Assembly (NCBI GenBank): GCA_951406725.2
Contig: OX597820.1
Span: forward strand, 70,928,001-70,992,000
Direction: 5' to 3'
DNA from: Octopus vulgaris
Taxonomy: Eukaryota
Length of the DNA stretch: 64,000 nucleotides
The translations under genes and the position numbers were made by a program. How positions within the stretch are numbered: position 1 is the stretch's first letter; the number at the start of each line of letters is the position of its first letter. The notes beneath the pieces are model-generated. The model worked only from the letters and a program-made list of their open reading frames with translations, was not told where the DNA came from and did no database searches. Positions 61,955 through 64,000 of the stretch are shown here, in pieces.

Positions 61955-62742
61955 CTGTCGAAATAGAGATCGAAATTCTTTTGATAGTTCTTTTGAAAGC
62001 CTTTTTTAAAACAAAACAGATAAAAAAAAAAAATTAAAAAGAAAGAAGAAACAAGGAAAATAAAAAGATAAAAGAAAATAAAATTAGTCTCTATTTTATT
62101 TTTTTTACAAAAAATTTAGCCTCATATCACGCACATGAAAAAAGATAAGGAAAATAATGTAAAATAATATAACTTAAAGAAGAACTGAAAATTTTAAAAA
62201 AATACGATAATAAAACTCTATCAACAACAACAACAACAACAATAATAATTATCAATATAATAATAATTACATTGAGCATGATTGGATCTCAAATAAATAA
62301 TAACAATAACAGTAACCACAATCAGCACAATGTGTGGGTTTAGCAATGAGCTAGTATGCTGATCCTGTTCATTTCTTCTATTGATAGTGTCAAAAATATG
62401 TAAATTAGTTCATATTTAAAAAGGAAAAATGGAATAGTGTTCTAAATACAAACCCCTATCATGTACACACGCAATGCACATTAGTTTGGTGTTGCTACTT
62501 GTTTGAACTGCACCAGTTATTTTGCTGGAATTATGAACAATTCAATAAATTTGAAAGACACAGAATATTAATATTATTAACAAAAGAGAAGCAAAGATGA
62601 TGAACAAGGATTGCTTCCAGAATATTAGAATATGATGGAACCAGCAGAACTAGAAGGTACAAATATGCTAATAATAAAAAAAAAGAAAGTAAAAACAAAA
62701 TTTAATTATCAAATTTACACTGTCTTAGCAAAACATGTTTAA

Positions 62743-62963
62743 CCCTTTTGATACCAATTTGCCTATGATGGCCCCTGGTTCTATGGTACAAACTTCCTGT
62801 TTTAAGTTGTCAAAATTAAAACCTTCTCTCAAAATTTCCTGTTAATTTATGCTGCAAATACTGAAGTTAATAATGGCAAAGTTATTTTATTAAATTCTTC
62901 ATTTCTTCAAAATTAATTGAAACCAAAATAGTGTACCTCAACAAAAATATGGTAACAAAAAGG
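62743..62963. mobile_element. piggyBac-type MITE (related, more diverged)
   Basis: TTAA|CCCTTTTGATACC...GGTAACAAAAAGG|TTAA; interior similar to 58936-59156. Confidence 0.75.
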
Positions 62964-63359
62964 TTAACCAACACTAAAGTGTTCATATTTAATACACTGT
63001 CTGTACTTAAGTATCTAATTTAAATTAGAATCCCAATCAGAACTCCATTATAACCATGACTGATGCCATGAGACTTCAACACCAGCATGATATACTAATG
63101 TATAAAGTTTGAAATATTGGCCAACACTAGTAAAGTATACAACTGTACAATAGATATCCTGAAAGGGATGCAAAATAGGCATAACTTCTTTTTATTAACT
63201 AAGATAGGTCATCCATATCACATATGTTTATAAAGTAACTCTTCTTTCTGGTCTTCTTCATTGCAAGCCAATAATGGGTTCCAAATAGAAGCAACTTGCC
63301 ATTACTGAGTTCTTGAAAAAGGAAGAGGAGTGCAAGAAGTTCTTAAAAAAGCTGACCAG

Positions 63360-63850
63360 GGGAAGCAGCTGAATTCTCAGAAAATGTTGCTTCAACAACA
63401 CTAAGGCAGGATATAGTGCTGATCTCAGAAGTGTCCAAGCAAGTAGTTCTGTTGGAATTCTCCATTTCTTGGGAGGATTGCATCAAGGAGACAAATTAGA
63501 GTACGAGGAGGAAACATACTGAGCTGGTAGGGTTATATCAAAGGAATGGGTGGCAAGCAAGATGCGACCCCCTTTCAAGTAGAATGTAGTGGGTTTGCAA
63601 GCCAGTCCTTTGCCAGAGCTTACGACATGCTTGGCATGACAGGGGCCCAGTAAGCAAAAGGCCATCAGGTTGGCTGCACATGCAGCAGAGGATGTCTCAA
63701 GATGGTTGTGAATCATGAGGTGCAAGCCTTAGAAGGAGCAGTGCTAACTGGACATGTACTGGGACTTGAACAACCTTGGCTGAGTTACCCGGGTGATGTT
63801 GAAAGACCTCATGACCCAGAAAACATCACTGATGGTGTGTTCAGGAGTAT
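63360..63850 (+). mobile_element. HERO-clade-like RLE non-LTR retrotransposon 3' end
   Basis: ENVASTTLRQDIVLISEVSKQVVLLEFSISWED...RNGWQARCDP...GFASQSFARAYDMLG...KAIRLAAHAAEDVSRWL*I, matching the TTLRPDIVL / GCRGF / AAE-x-ASRWLW pattern, followed by a short 3' UTR. Clade label is from memory. Confidence 0.8.
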
Positions 63851-64000
63851 CACAGGATCATTTAAGGAAGAACTGTGTTTCTCACACAGAAGAGTGCTTA
63901 ATTCCTGCTTTTCAGCCTGAAACAGCTACACTATTTGAATTGCAGCAATGTGCAGCTCAGAATACTCCTTAGTATTCAGATTGCTCTGTCAAACGTAATA

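Overview
AT-rich, repeat-dominated eukaryotic genomic DNA. The repeat families and microsatellite load resemble an octopus or other coleoid cephalopod genome; this is inferred from pattern recall, not a database search. Two host genes are supported, and they converge. One is the last coding exon of a tektin (tektin-2/B1-like, + strand, 21888-22083). The other is the last two coding exons of TCEANC2 (- strand, 61761-61954 and 47484-47684, separated by a 14 kb intron). The rest is a nested collection of decayed mobile DNA: tRNA-derived SINEs, RTE LINEs, restriction-like-endonuclease LINEs (R4/Dong-like and HERO), CR1/L2-group LINE tails, two Penelope-like (PLE) fragments, a full-length Tc1 with TIRs, a mariner remnant, mariner and piggyBac-type MITEs, and long (TA)n/(CA)n tracts. 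The most notable unexplained structure is a recurring set of minimal hammerhead-ribozyme motifs with palindromic stem III. They occur in long fold-back inverted repeats next to (TA)n tracts (best case 24798-25409, two divergent hammerheads) and in a composite unit of tRNA-like head, (AAT)n spacer and hammerhead linked to a Penelope GIY-YIG fragment. Also notable are a tRNA-Arg(UCU) gene that has lost its 5' acceptor strand to a (TA)n tract and a twin-priming-type 5' inversion in an RLE LINE. Most ORFs in the supplied track are microsatellite translation artefacts. Repeat boundaries are approximate unless TIRs, TSDs or splice sites are quoted.
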